64,000 nt of DNA. Origin: Gammaproteobacteria bacterium (GTDB lineage: Bacteria; Pseudomonadota; Gammaproteobacteria; UBA4575). The position numbers and the translations under genes were made by a program. Location of the stretch: contig CBDHFH010000008.1 of NCBI GenBank assembly GCA_965262455.1, positions 322,790 through 386,789 of the forward strand. Reading direction: 5' to 3'. Positions 9,865 to 20,164 of this stretch are shown here, piece after piece (position 1 is the first letter of the stretch; the number at the start of each line of letters is the position of its first letter). The notes under the pieces were generated by a model that saw only the letters and a list, made by a program, of their open reading frames with translations, was not told where the DNA came from and did not search any database.

Positions 9865-11979
9865 ATGAATGCGTTAGATATGATTAGGGCTTTTATAAAA
9901 AATGGGTTGGGTATACCAATTCTATTGGTATTGATGTTAATGATGTTGATTGTTCCAATCCCTCCATTTGGATTAGATGTGTTATTTACTTTCAATATCA
10001 CACTGTCATTAATCGTAATTTTAGTCACTATTTATACATTACGCCCATTAGACTTTGCTGTATTTCCCACTGTGCTGTTAATTGCGACGATGCTTCGTTT
10101 AGGACTCAATGTGGCCTCAACGCGTGTTGTATTAATTGATGGCCATACTGGCTCCGATGCCGCGGGTTCAGTGATTCAATCATTTGGCGATTTTGTGATT
10201 GGTGGTAATTACGCGGTGGGGATTGTCGTGTTTGCGATCTTAATTATTATCAATTTTGTTGTTGTTACCAAGGGTGCCGGGCGCGTCTCTGAAGTGAGTG
10301 CACGTTTCACCTTGGATGCAATGCCTGGTAAGCAAATGGCCATTGATGCAGATTTGAATGCAGGCATTATTGACCAGCAACAAGCCAAATTACGCCGAGA
10401 GGAAATTGCTAATGAGGCTGATTTCTACGGTTCTATGGATGGTGCCAGTAAGTTTGTGCGTGGTGATGCGATTGCAGGCATATTGATTGTGTTCATTAAT
10501 ATTATTGGTGGTCTTGTCATTGGTATGGCGCAACATGGCTTATCATTAGAAGTTGCCACGCAAAATTATTTGTTATTAACGGTGGGTGATGGCTTAGTAG
10601 CACAAATTCCATCGCTATTACTCTCTACAGCGACGGCTATAATCGTGACGCGCGTGTCTTCATCACAAGACATGAGTCGTCACGTAATCACACAAATGTT
10701 TGATGATAAACGCGCACTAGGCGTGTCTGCAGCTATTATTGGTGGTTTAGGCATTATTCCAGGTATGCCAAATATTGCATTTTTAACTTTGGGTTCATTG
10801 GCGGGTGGTGCGGCATATTGGCTGCATTTAAAACAGCAAAGGAAACCGGTTGACGAAGACGAACAGCAAGAGGCGCCTCCAGTCGCTGAAGAATCAGCTG
10901 ATATCAGTTGGGATGATATGCAGTCGGTCGATAAGATAGGACTGGAAGTGGGCTATAAATTAATTCCATTAGTCGATCGTAAACAGAATGGTCAATTAAT
11001 GGGTCGAATTAAAGGTGTACGTAAAAAATTATCTCAAGAGCTCGGATTTCTTATTCAACCAGTGCATATTCGAGATAATCTTGATCTAAGTCCGAATACT
11101 TACCGCATTACTTTACTAGGTGTTAATGAAGGTGAAGGTGAAATATACCCTGACCGTGAATTAGCGATTAATCCAGGCTCTTCGTCCAGCGAGCTGAAAG
11201 GTATCAAAACAACCGATCCTGCATTTGGTATGGATGCGGTATGGATTGAAGCCAATCAAAAAGATTATGCACAGAGTAATGGCTATACCGTGGTTGATCC
11301 TGCCACCGTCATTGCAACCCACATCAATAAAATATTACGTGATCATGCCAGTGCCATGCTTGGTTATGATGAAGTACAAATGTTGCTGGACAATCTGGCA
11401 GAGAAATCACCAAAGCTAGTTGAAGATCTGGTGCCAAAAGCATTACCAATCGGCACCATCACTAAAGTGTTACAAAATTTACTGCAAGAGGGAGTTTCGA
11501 TACGTGATATTAGAACGATCTCTGAAACATTGTTAGATGCAGCGAATACAAGTCAAGATGCTGACGCGTTAACAGGAACTGTGAGAGTTGCATTGAGACG
11601 CATGATTGTCCAGGGAATCAATGGGATGCGGCCAGAATTATCAGTCTTCACGATAGATTCAAAACTGGAACAGTTATTGCAGAAGTCTATACAAGGCAAT
11701 AATGACGGATATTTGATGATTGAACCAGGACTCGCTGAGAAATTACAAGTTGGTGTTAAAGAATCAGCGCAAAAACTACAAGCAATAGGACTGCCTGCGG
11801 TGTTAGTAGTATCGAAAGGTCTCAGAACCATGCTTGCACGACTATTTTCAAACACAGTTGCTGATTTGCATGTGATCGCCTACGAAGAAATTCCTGAGTC
11901 TAAACAAATAAAGATCGTTGCTAATGTGGGAGATGAAGCCCAAGAAAGTACTGCAAATTTAATTGGCGCCACAGCCTAA
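9865..11979 (+). CDS. flhA: Flagellar export gate protein FlhA
   Basis: 704 aa with the conserved FHIPEP region (RVSEVSARFTLDAMPGKQMAIDADL) and a large cytoplasmic C-terminal domain. Confidence 0.97.
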   Translation: MNALDMIRAFIKNGLGIPILLVLMLMMLIVPIPPFGLDVLFTFNITLSLIVILVTIYTLRPLDFAVFPTVLLIATMLRLGLNVASTRVVLIDGHTGSDAAGSVIQSFGDFVIGGNYAVGIVVFAILIIINFVVVTKGAGRVSEVSARFTLDAMPGKQMAIDADLNAGIIDQQQAKLRREEIANEADFYGSMDGASKFVRGDAIAGILIVFINIIGGLVIGMAQHGLSLEVATQNYLLLTVGDGLVAQIPSLLLSTATAIIVTRVSSSQDMSRHVITQMFDDKRALGVSAAIIGGLGIIPGMPNIAFLTLGSLAGGAAYWLHLKQQRKPVDEDEQQEAPPVAEESADISWDDMQSVDKIGLEVGYKLIPLVDRKQNGQLMGRIKGVRKKLSQELGFLIQPVHIRDNLDLSPNTYRITLLGVNEGEGEIYPDRELAINPGSSSSELKGIKTTDPAFGMDAVWIEANQKDYAQSNGYTVVDPATVIATHINKILRDHASAMLGYDEVQMLLDNLAEKSPKLVEDLVPKALPIGTITKVLQNLLQEGVSIRDIRTISETLLDAANTSQDADALTGTVRVALRRMIVQGINGMRPELSVFTIDSKLEQLLQKSIQGNNDGYLMIEPGLAEKLQVGVKESAQKLQAIGLPAVLVVSKGLRTMLARLFSNTVADLHVIAYEEIPESKQIKIVANVGDEAQESTANLIGATA

Positions 11980-12010
11980 CCTAGGCTTATAGCCAATAAA
12001 GCGGAGTTAA

Positions 12011-13465
12011 ATGATGGAAATTAAACGAATAAAAGAAAAATCTATACACGAGGCAATACAAAAAGTTCGTGATGAGCTTGGACCAGATGCCGTCATACTT
12101 TCGACGGAAAAAAGTCGTCATGGTGTGGAAATTATTGCCGCTTTGGATTTTGATGCCACTGTACTTGAGCAAAAGTTAGCAGAACAGAAGCAACAAAGTG
12201 AAAGTGAAGAAACACATGAGGTAAAAACAGAAGAAATCGCAGTGCAGGGCCTGATTGATGGTCTGGAAAAAGTTCTCCAAATACAGTTAGCTGAGCATAT
12301 GCAAGGAATAAATCAAGTCATTACACATATGCAAGCAGAGCAACATGAAAAAAATACTAAACTCTATCAAATGTTAAATAGCAAGATAGATGAATTAAGT
12401 AAGTCTGTTGAAGAAAAATATATTGAGCAGCAACGTGCACGTAGCGAAAATTTTTCAGTATTACAAAAACAAGTATCGCAGTTAAGAGATGACTTCTCAG
12501 ATTATATGACCAGTACTTTGCCTGATGAAATGAATTCAATCTTGCAAATACAAGAAGAATTAGGTGATCTTAAAGACGTACTTGGTTGCCAAACAAAGTT
12601 ATTGGATTGGGAAAAATGGGGAAAAAATAATCCCGTTGGAATTTCACTTATCTCAAGGCTTGTGAATGCAGGTTTTGGAGTAGGTTTAAGCAAACAAATA
12701 ATGACCAATATTAATGATGTATCGAATAGCGAAACTGCATGGAGAAATGTCATTGAATTACTTACTCGTGGTATTAAAACGCCTCAAGTAGATGTGCAAA
12801 TTAACGGTGGTGTTGTTATGGCATTGGGTAGAACCGGTGTGGGTAAAACCACTACTTTGGCAAAAATAGCTACTAAATTTGTGATAGAAAATGGACCAGA
12901 TGATGTTGTATTTATTAACTTAGATAACAAACGGGTTGGTAGCTACGACCAATTAGATGCTTATGGAAGAATATTGAATGTGCCTGTCTATCGCTTTGAT
13001 AGTGAAGAGAATATGCGCAGCATATTAAAAGTAATACGTAGTAAGTCTTTGGTATTAATTGATACTGCTGGAATGATAGAACCTGGCAAAGAAATAGAAG
13101 CGTTTATCAACAAGCTTTCACAAAACAAAGTTGATGTGCATAAGTTGCTGTTGATGAGTGCGAATACGCAATTGCATAATCTAAAAGAAATTGTCGATGG
13201 GTTTAAAAAGTGTCATCCGAATGGATGTGTTATTACAAAAACAGATGAGTCATCTCAACTTGGTAATGTGCTGACAGTATCCATAGAAGATGATTTGCCT
13301 GTTTACTTTGAGACGTTTGGTCAACAAGTGCCTGAAGACATTTCCGATATTGAACCATCTTCTCTCATTCAACGAGCGATTGAAAGTCAGATGCATGAAG
13401 AAATATTCGCCTCTGATGATGGTTTATTGCTAGAAGGAATCAATACTAATGGAAGCACAGACTAA
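12011..13465 (+). CDS. flhF: Flagellar placement SRP-type GTPase FlhF
   Basis: G1 motif GRTGVGKTTT, DTAG and TKTDE motifs of the SRP GTPase family, with an acidic N-terminal B-domain. Confidence 0.9.
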   Translation: MMEIKRIKEKSIHEAIQKVRDELGPDAVILSTEKSRHGVEIIAALDFDATVLEQKLAEQKQQSESEETHEVKTEEIAVQGLIDGLEKVLQIQLAEHMQGINQVITHMQAEQHEKNTKLYQMLNSKIDELSKSVEEKYIEQQRARSENFSVLQKQVSQLRDDFSDYMTSTLPDEMNSILQIQEELGDLKDVLGCQTKLLDWEKWGKNNPVGISLISRLVNAGFGVGLSKQIMTNINDVSNSETAWRNVIELLTRGIKTPQVDVQINGGVVMALGRTGVGKTTTLAKIATKFVIENGPDDVVFINLDNKRVGSYDQLDAYGRILNVPVYRFDSEENMRSILKVIRSKSLVLIDTAGMIEPGKEIEAFINKLSQNKVDVHKLLLMSANTQLHNLKEIVDGFKKCHPNGCVITKTDESSQLGNVLTVSIEDDLPVYFETFGQQVPEDISDIEPSSLIQRAIESQMHEEIFASDDGLLLEGINTNGSTD

Positions 13466-14324
13466 TATATCAACTCTAAGAGAAAATACTATGAGCGCCG
13501 CGCAGTTAAACCACGTAAATCACAAGGTGCGATGTATAGCGATAACCGGTGGTAAAGGTGGAGTGGGTAAAACCAATATTTCAATTAATTTAGCGACAAG
13601 TTTATCCAAGCTTAATAAGCGTGTGATGTTGTTGGATGCTGACTTTGGTTTGGCAAATGTTGATGTGGTATTGGGCCTAAGTCCAGAAAAAAATCTGGTA
13701 CATGTGCTAGATAATCAGTGTGAACTCAAAGATATATTATTAGATGGGCCAGAGAATATAAAAATTGTACCCGCTTCTTCAGGGGTAAAAAGAATGGCTA
13801 ATCTGAATAGCCTGGAACAAAGCGGCTTGATATCTGCTTTTAGTGAATTGAGTGATGACCTCGATGTAATGATTATTGATACCGCGGCTGGTATCAGTGA
13901 CAGTGTCGTTCATTTTGCTCGCGCTGCTGGTGAAGTAATTGTTGTTGTATGTGACGAACCAGCGTCAATTGCTGATGCCTATGCGTTGATCAAAGTTTTG
14001 AGTAAAGACTATGCCGTTCATAAAGTCAGTGTCATTTCTAATATGGTTGAATCAAAAGCGCATGGTGAGATGCTATTTAATCAGATCTTGCGTGTGATAA
14101 ATAAATATCTTGATGTGTCTGTTAATTATCTAGGCGCTGTGCCGGAAGACACCTATTTAAAGAAAGCTGTAAAGCGACAACTAGCAGTGACTTCAGCATA
14201 TCCACGCTCCAGGTCTGCTGAAGCCTTTCGAGAGATCGCTAAAGCAATTAATAACAGAAAATTTGAAGACAATTCTTCAGGCAACTTGGAATTTTTTGCC
14301 GAGCAACTTGTACATATAAATTAA
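13449..14324 (+). CDS. flhG: MinD-type ATPase FlhG (FleN), regulator of flagellar number
   Basis: Deviant Walker A GGKGGVGKT and a MinD/ParA fold. It follows flhF. An alternative start lies at ATG 13491. Confidence 0.9.
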   Translation: MEAQTNISTLRENTMSAAQLNHVNHKVRCIAITGGKGGVGKTNISINLATSLSKLNKRVMLLDADFGLANVDVVLGLSPEKNLVHVLDNQCELKDILLDGPENIKIVPASSGVKRMANLNSLEQSGLISAFSELSDDLDVMIIDTAAGISDSVVHFARAAGEVIVVVCDEPASIADAYALIKVLSKDYAVHKVSVISNMVESKAHGEMLFNQILRVINKYLDVSVNYLGAVPEDTYLKKAVKRQLAVTSAYPRSRSAEAFREIAKAINNRKFEDNSSGNLEFFAEQLVHIN

Positions 14325-14360
14325 AATAAACCACAGGGAACTTACAAGGGAAAGTCAAGG

Positions 14361-15092
14361 ATGAATGCTCATACAATGTACTCAAATGTACAGCAAGAAG
14401 CATCAGAAGATGATCTTGTTATAAGTCATGCACCATTAGTGAAAAGGGTAGCTTATCACTTAAAAGGGCGCCTACCAGATTCTGTTCAAGTCGACGACTT
14501 AATTCAGTCAGGAATGTTGGGTCTGCTCGAAGCCGCTAAGAATTTTGATTCCACCCAGGGTGCAAGTTTTGAAACTTATGCGGGAATTCGTATTCGCGGT
14601 GCCATGCTTGATGAAATCAGGTTAGGTGACTGGACGCCAAGATCTGTGCATCGTAAAGCACGTGAAATGAATCAGGCGATAAAGAAAATTGAAGACAGAA
14701 AGTTGGCCACTGCATCAGACAGCGAAATTGCTCAAGAGATGGGTGTGTCACTTGAAGAGTTTAATCAAATTTTAAGGAACGCATCTGTATCTAAGGTATT
14801 CAGTGTTGATGATGGTGATATGGAACAAGACTACAACGGTAGTATGTCAACAAAAGTACAGCCAGAGACAATATATAAGAGACAAGAACTGGCTTTGGCT
14901 TTGGAAGGAATTATAGAAGACCTGCCAGAAAGGGAAAGATTGGTGATGTCTTTCTATTATGAAGAGCAAATGAATTTGAGGGAAATTGGTGAAGTGCTCG
15001 GTGTGAGTGAATCGAGAGTATCTCAAATCCATGGTAAAGCGTTGATGACTATACGCGCTAAAGTAGAAAATACATTCGATAATGTTAAATAA
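14361..15092 (+). CDS. fliA: Flagellar sigma factor FliA (sigma-28)
   Basis: Sigma-70 regions 2, 3 and 4 are present (region 4.2 LREIGEVLGVSESRVSQIHGKAL). Position after flhFG supports the call. Confidence 0.95.
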   Translation: MNAHTMYSNVQQEASEDDLVISHAPLVKRVAYHLKGRLPDSVQVDDLIQSGMLGLLEAAKNFDSTQGASFETYAGIRIRGAMLDEIRLGDWTPRSVHRKAREMNQAIKKIEDRKLATASDSEIAQEMGVSLEEFNQILRNASVSKVFSVDDGDMEQDYNGSMSTKVQPETIYKRQELALALEGIIEDLPERERLVMSFYYEEQMNLREIGEVLGVSESRVSQIHGKALMTIRAKVENTFDNVK

Positions 15093-15156
15093 TTATGTTT
15101 ACTTATATGAGTCAAGAGTTAGCAATAAGAAGTGAGGCGTGTGAATTAACAAGGGC

Positions 15157-15327
15157 ATGCCAATGGATAGTAACCGTATCAAACAAGTTTCTCCTTCTGT
15201 AGCACGATTAAAATACAAAAATAATCACAATAGCCAGAAACAGGCTAAGCAGCAGAAGAAAGATGCTGAACAAGATATAAAGAAAGAATCCACAGACAAT
15301 GGTAATGTCATAGACGATTTTGCATAA
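15157..15327 (+). CDS. Candidate unannotated 56-aa K/Q-rich ORF (below the ORF-track cut-off)
   Basis: Hand translation: MPMDSNRIKQVSPSVARLKYKNNHNSQKQAKQQKKDAEQDIKKESTDNGNVIDDFA. There is an AAGGG stretch a few nt upstream of the ATG, and the stop lies 10 nt before the next ORF. No homology recognised. Confidence 0.25.
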   Translation: MPMDSNRIKQVSPSVARLKYKNNHNSQKQAKQQKKDAEQDIKKESTDNGNVIDDFA

Positions 15328-15337
15328 AGGATAAATA

Positions 15338-15736
15338 ATGAATTACTCAATTACAGATGATGATGTTTTTGCAACACGACCTTCTTTGCTGGAAAGACTT
15401 ATTGCAAAGATGAGCAAAAAGAAGATGCCAATAGAGAACCAAATTGATGGTTTGAAATCAGATTACGCTATGGCGTTAGATCAATGCCAAATGATGAAGC
15501 AGCATATACAAGAACTTGAAAGCAAAATTGATCATATGCATGCCACTATGGATTTACGTCCAGAAACAGTTGAACCAGAGATGCCATATTCGACAGCAAT
15601 CGTACTTGCTAAACGTGGTTGTCATAAAGATGAGATCAAAGAAGCGTGCGGCTTAACTGACTCAGAAGTTGAATTAATCCTCACGTTACACAACAAATCT
15701 ACTCAGCAAGCTCACGGTACAATGTTAGCCAACTAA
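15338..15736 (+). CDS. DUF2802-like protein (flagellar/chemotaxis-cluster associated)
   Basis: The C-terminal segment AIVLAKRGCHKDEIKEACGLTDSEVELILTLH matches my recollection of the DUF2802 HTH-like signature. That domain occurs in Vibrio and Pseudomonas flagellar/che clusters. There is a coiled-coil middle region. Confidence 0.55.
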   Translation: MNYSITDDDVFATRPSLLERLIAKMSKKKMPIENQIDGLKSDYAMALDQCQMMKQHIQELESKIDHMHATMDLRPETVEPEMPYSTAIVLAKRGCHKDEIKEACGLTDSEVELILTLHNKSTQQAHGTMLAN

Positions 15737-15833
15737 ATCCGTATGAGCGTTTAAATTTATAGGACGTTTGGTCATAATAGCACGAATAATGCGAGTATTA
15801 TTGTTTTTTATATAACTAACATATTATATTCGT

Positions 15834-16055
15834 ATGGAATACTTTGGTAAGAATACATTAGAACAGCAAATACTGGACTATCTTGATAGGCAGAAAGAAT
15901 CAAGAAATTTATCGACCCAAGAATTGATCGGTAAAGTGAACAAAGTTGTTGAATATTACAGAGAGTCTCTGATGTATGAGTTTGATGAGTCTGATTATCC
16001 TAGTACGCTAGAAATGATGCGGGTTGAGAATATGCCGGGTGAAGAGAAATCTTAA
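15834..16055 (+). CDS. Hypothetical 73-aa acidic protein
   Basis: ORF only; no recognisable motif. Convergent with ureG. Confidence 0.35.
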   Translation: MEYFGKNTLEQQILDYLDRQKESRNLSTQELIGKVNKVVEYYRESLMYEFDESDYPSTLEMMRVENMPGEEKS

Positions 16056-16080
16056 GCGCATATTTGACTAGCTTTGAACA

Positions 16081-16692
16081 CTAAATCATCCCATGCTGTT
16101 TGATAAATTCAATAACCTTATCTAGTCCGTGTTCTTCTTTTAGATTAGTAAATAAAAATGGTTTATCGCCGCGCATTTTTTTTGCGTCGCGTTCCATTAT
16201 TTCCAGCGATGCACCTACTAGTGGTGCAAGATCAATCTTATTAATAATTAATAAATCTGATTTAGTAATACCTGGCCCACCTTTGCGGGGAATTTTTTCA
16301 CCTGCAGCAACATCAATGACATAGATTGTTAGATCAGATAGCTCTGGGCTAAATGTTGCACTTAGGTTATCGCCACCGCTTTCGATAAATACGAAGTCTA
16401 AATTACCAAATTTATCGCAAAGTCCCTCGACTGCAGCAAGATTCATCGAGGCATCTTCACGAATAGCCGTATGCGGACAACCTCCAGTTTCAACGCCGAC
16501 AATTCTGTCTTGATCAAGTGCCTCATGGCGTATTAAAAAATCAGCATCTTCACGTGTATAGATATCATTTGTCACAGCAGCAATATGATAATTATCACGC
16601 ATATGCATGCATAAAAGTTTAAGTAATGCAGTTTTGCCAGAGCCGACTGGGCCCCCGACGCCAATTCTTAATACTTGTTTATTGGTGGCCAT
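16081..16692 (-). CDS. ureG: Urease accessory GTPase UreG
   Basis: P-loop GPVGSGKT and the conserved ETGGCPH and ESGGDNL motifs. Confidence 0.97.
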   Translation of the reverse strand: MATNKQVLRIGVGGPVGSGKTALLKLLCMHMRDNYHIAAVTNDIYTREDADFLIRHEALDQDRIVGVETGGCPHTAIREDASMNLAAVEGLCDKFGNLDFVFIESGGDNLSATFSPELSDLTIYVIDVAAGEKIPRKGGPGITKSDLLIINKIDLAPLVGASLEIMERDAKKMRGDKPFLFTNLKEEHGLDKVIEFIKQHGMI

Positions 16693-16702
16693 AGTTGTTT
16701 AG

Positions 16703-17371
16703 TTAAGATCGAAATAGTCGTGTATATTGATGTTCATGTTGCATGCTCGCCATAATAGCGCCAGGACAAGCCGCACCTATACTAGCATCGTTAATGTTGA
16801 GTCCTTCATCAACCGCTTGTTGAATCTTGGGTATTAATTGTGTTAACAGTATTTGCCCTTGTGTTTGTCCTAGCGGAATTAACTTAATGCCTATACTGAC
16901 TTGATTTTCACACCAGGTCCAGATAAGTCCATAGGTGGCAGTTTTCTTGTCAATTTTCCACTCTGCACACGCTAGGCTAAACGTGGTTAATAGTGAGCAT
17001 GGTGTTTTTTTCCAATAACCTGCAGCATGAATATCTAAACTTGCAAGCAGTCGGGCTAGGGCGCCACCCATTTGTGTGTCTTCTAATAATAACTCGCTGG
17101 TTTCGCGTGCTGCGAGCACATAGTGATTCCAATAATTCACCTCTTCTTGCTTGGAGATTTTATGAGCATCATATAAGCGAGAGAAAACAGGGATATCAAG
17201 ATGTTGCATGCTATGACTAAGTAATCCTGAAATCCAATCAAGCAAGGAATCTTGATTTGTTACGTAGTTATTATGACAAGCAGTTTCCAAACCTTGTGAA
17301 TAGGCATAACTACCAATCGGCAGTGTAGGGCTGCACAATCTCAGTAACTGTAGAAGAGCAGCTTTAGTCAT
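16703..17371 (-). CDS. ureF: Urease accessory protein UreF
   Basis: UreF-like N-terminus LLQLLRLCSPTLPIGSYAYSQGLE. The start was set at the ATG at 17371 (MTKAALL), giving an 8-nt overlap with the ureE stop; the track ORF extends to 17422. Confidence 0.9.
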   Translation of the reverse strand: MTKAALLQLLRLCSPTLPIGSYAYSQGLETACHNNYVTNQDSLLDWISGLLSHSMQHLDIPVFSRLYDAHKISKQEEVNYWNHYVLAARETSELLLEDTQMGGALARLLASLDIHAAGYWKKTPCSLLTTFSLACAEWKIDKKTATYGLIWTWCENQVSIGIKLIPLGQTQGQILLTQLIPKIQQAVDEGLNINDASIGAACPGAIMASMQHEHQYTRLFRS

Positions 17372-17804
17372 GAGTATGATTGTGGTGACTGTAAGCACCT
17401 GCTTCTGGTTCAAAGGGTGCATACTCTTGTGTCACTGCTATATGCATGTGTTGCAACATTTCATTTAGCACATGATCATACTGATATCGTAAATAGGTTG
17501 GCTTAATTTCAAGTGGAACATGACGATTGCCAAGGTGATAACTGGCACGCATAAGCAAATGTGGATCAGCTGAAGTCACGGTGCTGACATCTTCGTTGGC
17601 TGAGATGATGGTAACAACCTCGCCACTTTCGGCTTGTAATTGATCGCCATTGCGTAGCACGTCACCACGCGGTAAGAATAGTCCGGCCTCGTCACCATTA
17701 TCTAGTTGAATATGCAGTCTCGCTTTTTGCCTGGACTCAAACGGCAACGTAAGGGTTAATTCTGATGTGACGTTTGCTGATAACTTTTTTGTAAACTTGA
17801 TCAT
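17364..17804 (-). CDS. ureE: Urease accessory metallochaperone UreE
   Basis: UreE N- and C-domains (AYHLGNRH motif) and a short His-rich tail YSHHNHTHD. Confidence 0.9.
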   Translation of the reverse strand: MIKFTKKLSANVTSELTLTLPFESRQKARLHIQLDNGDEAGLFLPRGDVLRNGDQLQAESGEVVTIISANEDVSTVTSADPHLLMRASYHLGNRHVPLEIKPTYLRYQYDHVLNEMLQHMHIAVTQEYAPFEPEAGAYSHHNHTHD

Positions 17805-17814
17805 CTAAGCAGTA

Positions 17815-19518
17815 TTAAAATAGGAAATAACGCTGCGCGAGTGAAACAATCTTAGCCGGTTCACATGTGAGTAATTTGCCGTCTGCACGCACTTCATAAG
17901 TTTGTGGGTCGACCTCAATTTTAGGCTGATAAGTATTATTAACAAGATCCGCCTTTCTCACGCTACGTGTGTTCTTTACTGCGACACACTTTTTTTTCAG
18001 TGATAGTGAGTTTGCAATGTCATTATCGAGAGCGGCTTGTGAAACAAATGTAAAACTGGTTTGGTAATTTGCCTTGTCAAAAGCACCAAACATATAACGG
18101 TAGTGCACGGGTTGTGGCGTTGGAATTGACGCATTTGGATCTCCCATGGGTGCCGCTGCGATAAAGCCACCTTTAATAATCAGTGATGGTTTGGCACCAA
18201 AAAAAGCAGGCTTCCATAATACCAAATCCGCGAGTTTTCCAACCTCTACTGATCCCACTTCATGGGCAATGCCATGAGTTATTGCAGGGTTAATAGTATA
18301 TTTAGCAATGTATCTTTTGGCGCGTTGATTATCGTTTTCATTTGTGTCTTCTTCTAATGCACCAAACTGCTTTTTCATTTTGTCAGCAGTTTGCCATGTG
18401 CGACAGATCACTTCACCGACTCGCCCCATCGCTTGTGAGTCTGATGCAATCATGCTGAATGCACCTAGATCATGAAGAATGTCCTCGGCAGCAATAGTCT
18501 CTTTGCGAATTCTTGATTCGGCAAATGCAACATCTTCTGGAATTTTAGTATCCAGATGATGACATACCATTAACATATCTAAGTGTTCATCAATGGTATT
18601 GACGGTATAAGGCCGTGTTGGATTAGTGCTTGAAGGCAGAACATTGGCTTCGCCACATGCGCGAATAATATCTGGCGCATGTCCGCCGCCAGCACCTTCA
18701 GTATGATAAGTATGTATCGCACGCCCTTTGAAGGCTGCGATAGTGTCTTCTACAAATCCAGATTCATTAAGTGTGTCTGTATGAATAGCGACTTGTATAT
18801 CAAATTGCTCTGCAATATTTAGGCAATTATCAATTGCTGCAGGTGTTGTTCCCCAATCTTCATGCAGCTTTAAGCCCATCGCGCCGGCGCTAACCTGTTC
18901 TTCTAATGCAGCGGGTAGGCTTGCATTGCCTTTGCCTAAGAATCCTAAGTTCATGGCAAACGCATCGGCCGCTTCTAACATGCGGTGAATGTTCCATGGG
19001 CCAGGTGTGCATGTTGTGGCATTTGTTCCTGTGGCTGGACCTGTCCCACCACCCAGCATGGTCGTGACACCTGACATTAATGCCTCTTCAATTTGTTGCG
19101 GACAAATGAAATGAATATGTGCATCTATACCGCCTGCAGTGACTATTTGACCTTCACCTGCGATTGCTTCGGTGCCAGGACCAATAGCGATATCAACATT
19201 AGGCTGAATATCTGGATTACCTGCTTTGCCAATACCGACAATTCTTCCATCTTTAATGCCAATGTCTGCTTTTACGATTCCCCAATGATCAAGAATCAAT
19301 GCATTGGTGATAATGGTGTCAACGACATCTTTAGCACATAGCTGGCTTTGTCCCATACCGTCGCGTATGACTTTGCCGCCACCAAACTTTACTTCTTCCC
19401 CATAGGTTGCAAAATCTTTTTCGACTTCAATAAATAAATCTGTATCGCCTAAACGAACTTTGTCACCCACAGTCGGGCCAAACATTTCTGCGTAAGCTTG
19501 TCTTGATATTTTTCCCAT
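17815..19518 (-). CDS. ureC: Urease alpha subunit UreC
   Basis: 567 aa with canonical urease active-site regions ([30 protein letters not shown]). Confidence 0.98.
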   Translation of the reverse strand: MGKISRQAYAEMFGPTVGDKVRLGDTDLFIEVEKDFATYGEEVKFGGGKVIRDGMGQSQLCAKDVVDTIITNALILDHWGIVKADIGIKDGRIVGIGKAGNPDIQPNVDIAIGPGTEAIAGEGQIVTAGGIDAHIHFICPQQIEEALMSGVTTMLGGGTGPATGTNATTCTPGPWNIHRMLEAADAFAMNLGFLGKGNASLPAALEEQVSAGAMGLKLHEDWGTTPAAIDNCLNIAEQFDIQVAIHTDTLNESGFVEDTIAAFKGRAIHTYHTEGAGGGHAPDIIRACGEANVLPSSTNPTRPYTVNTIDEHLDMLMVCHHLDTKIPEDVAFAESRIRKETIAAEDILHDLGAFSMIASDSQAMGRVGEVICRTWQTADKMKKQFGALEEDTNENDNQRAKRYIAKYTINPAITHGIAHEVGSVEVGKLADLVLWKPAFFGAKPSLIIKGGFIAAAPMGDPNASIPTPQPVHYRYMFGAFDKANYQTSFTFVSQAALDNDIANSLSLKKKCVAVKNTRSVRKADLVNNTYQPKIEVDPQTYEVRADGKLLTCEPAKIVSLAQRYFLF

Positions 19519-19522
19519 AACG

Positions 19523-19843
19523 TTACTTTACCTTTCCCATGACTTTTGCATTGAAGCCATAGATGGTTTTGCTGCCACTTATTTCTACAAGATCGACTGT
19601 GCGTTGTTGACCGGGCTCGAAACGTACCGCAGTGCCTGCAGCAATATCTAGGCGCATACCGCGTGTTGAATCACGATCAAATTCCAACGCGGTATTGGTT
19701 TCGTAGAAGTGATAATGTGAGCCCACTTGAATTGGGCGATCACCAGTATTTGCAACGGTTATTGTTAGAGTGTTTCTATCTTGGTTGATATCAATCTCGC
19801 CAGGTTTAGCTATCAGTTCACCAGGAATCATATGCGTGTCCAA
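19523..19843 (-). CDS. ureB: Urease beta subunit UreB
   Basis: MIPGEL... plus the conserved [11 protein letters not shown] motif. The canonical start is probably the MIPGE Met at 19831. Confidence 0.95.
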   Translation of the reverse strand: MDTHMIPGELIAKPGEIDINQDRNTLTITVANTGDRPIQVGSHYHFYETNTALEFDRDSTRGMRLDIAAGTAVRFEPGQQRTVDLVEISGSKTIYGFNAKVMGKVK

Positions 19844-20146
19844 TTATGTAATAGGGTTATGAATTGTGACCAGTTTTGTTCCATCAGGGAAAGTGGCTTC
19901 TACTTGAACTTCATGCACCATCTCTGCAATGCCATCCATGACGTCGTCTTGAGTCAGTAATTGCCGGCCTTCTTCCATGAGTTCAGCCACAAGCTTTCCT
20001 TCACGAGCACCTTCGAGTATTGCGCATGATATGTAGGCAATTGTCTCCGGATAATTAAGTTTAATGCCTTTGTTTTTTCTTCGTTCCGCTAGCAAGCCAG
20101 CAGTGAATAATAGTAGTTTATCTTTTTCTCTAGGTGAAAGTTCCAT
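19844..20146 (-). CDS. ureA: Urease gamma subunit UreA
   Basis: [23 protein letters not shown] is the canonical UreA N-terminus; 100 aa. Confidence 0.95.
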   Translation of the reverse strand: MELSPREKDKLLLFTAGLLAERRKNKGIKLNYPETIAYISCAILEGAREGKLVAELMEEGRQLLTQDDVMDGIAEMVHEVQVEATFPDGTKLVTIHNPIT

Positions 20147-20164
20147 GCTGACATCCTGTAAAAA

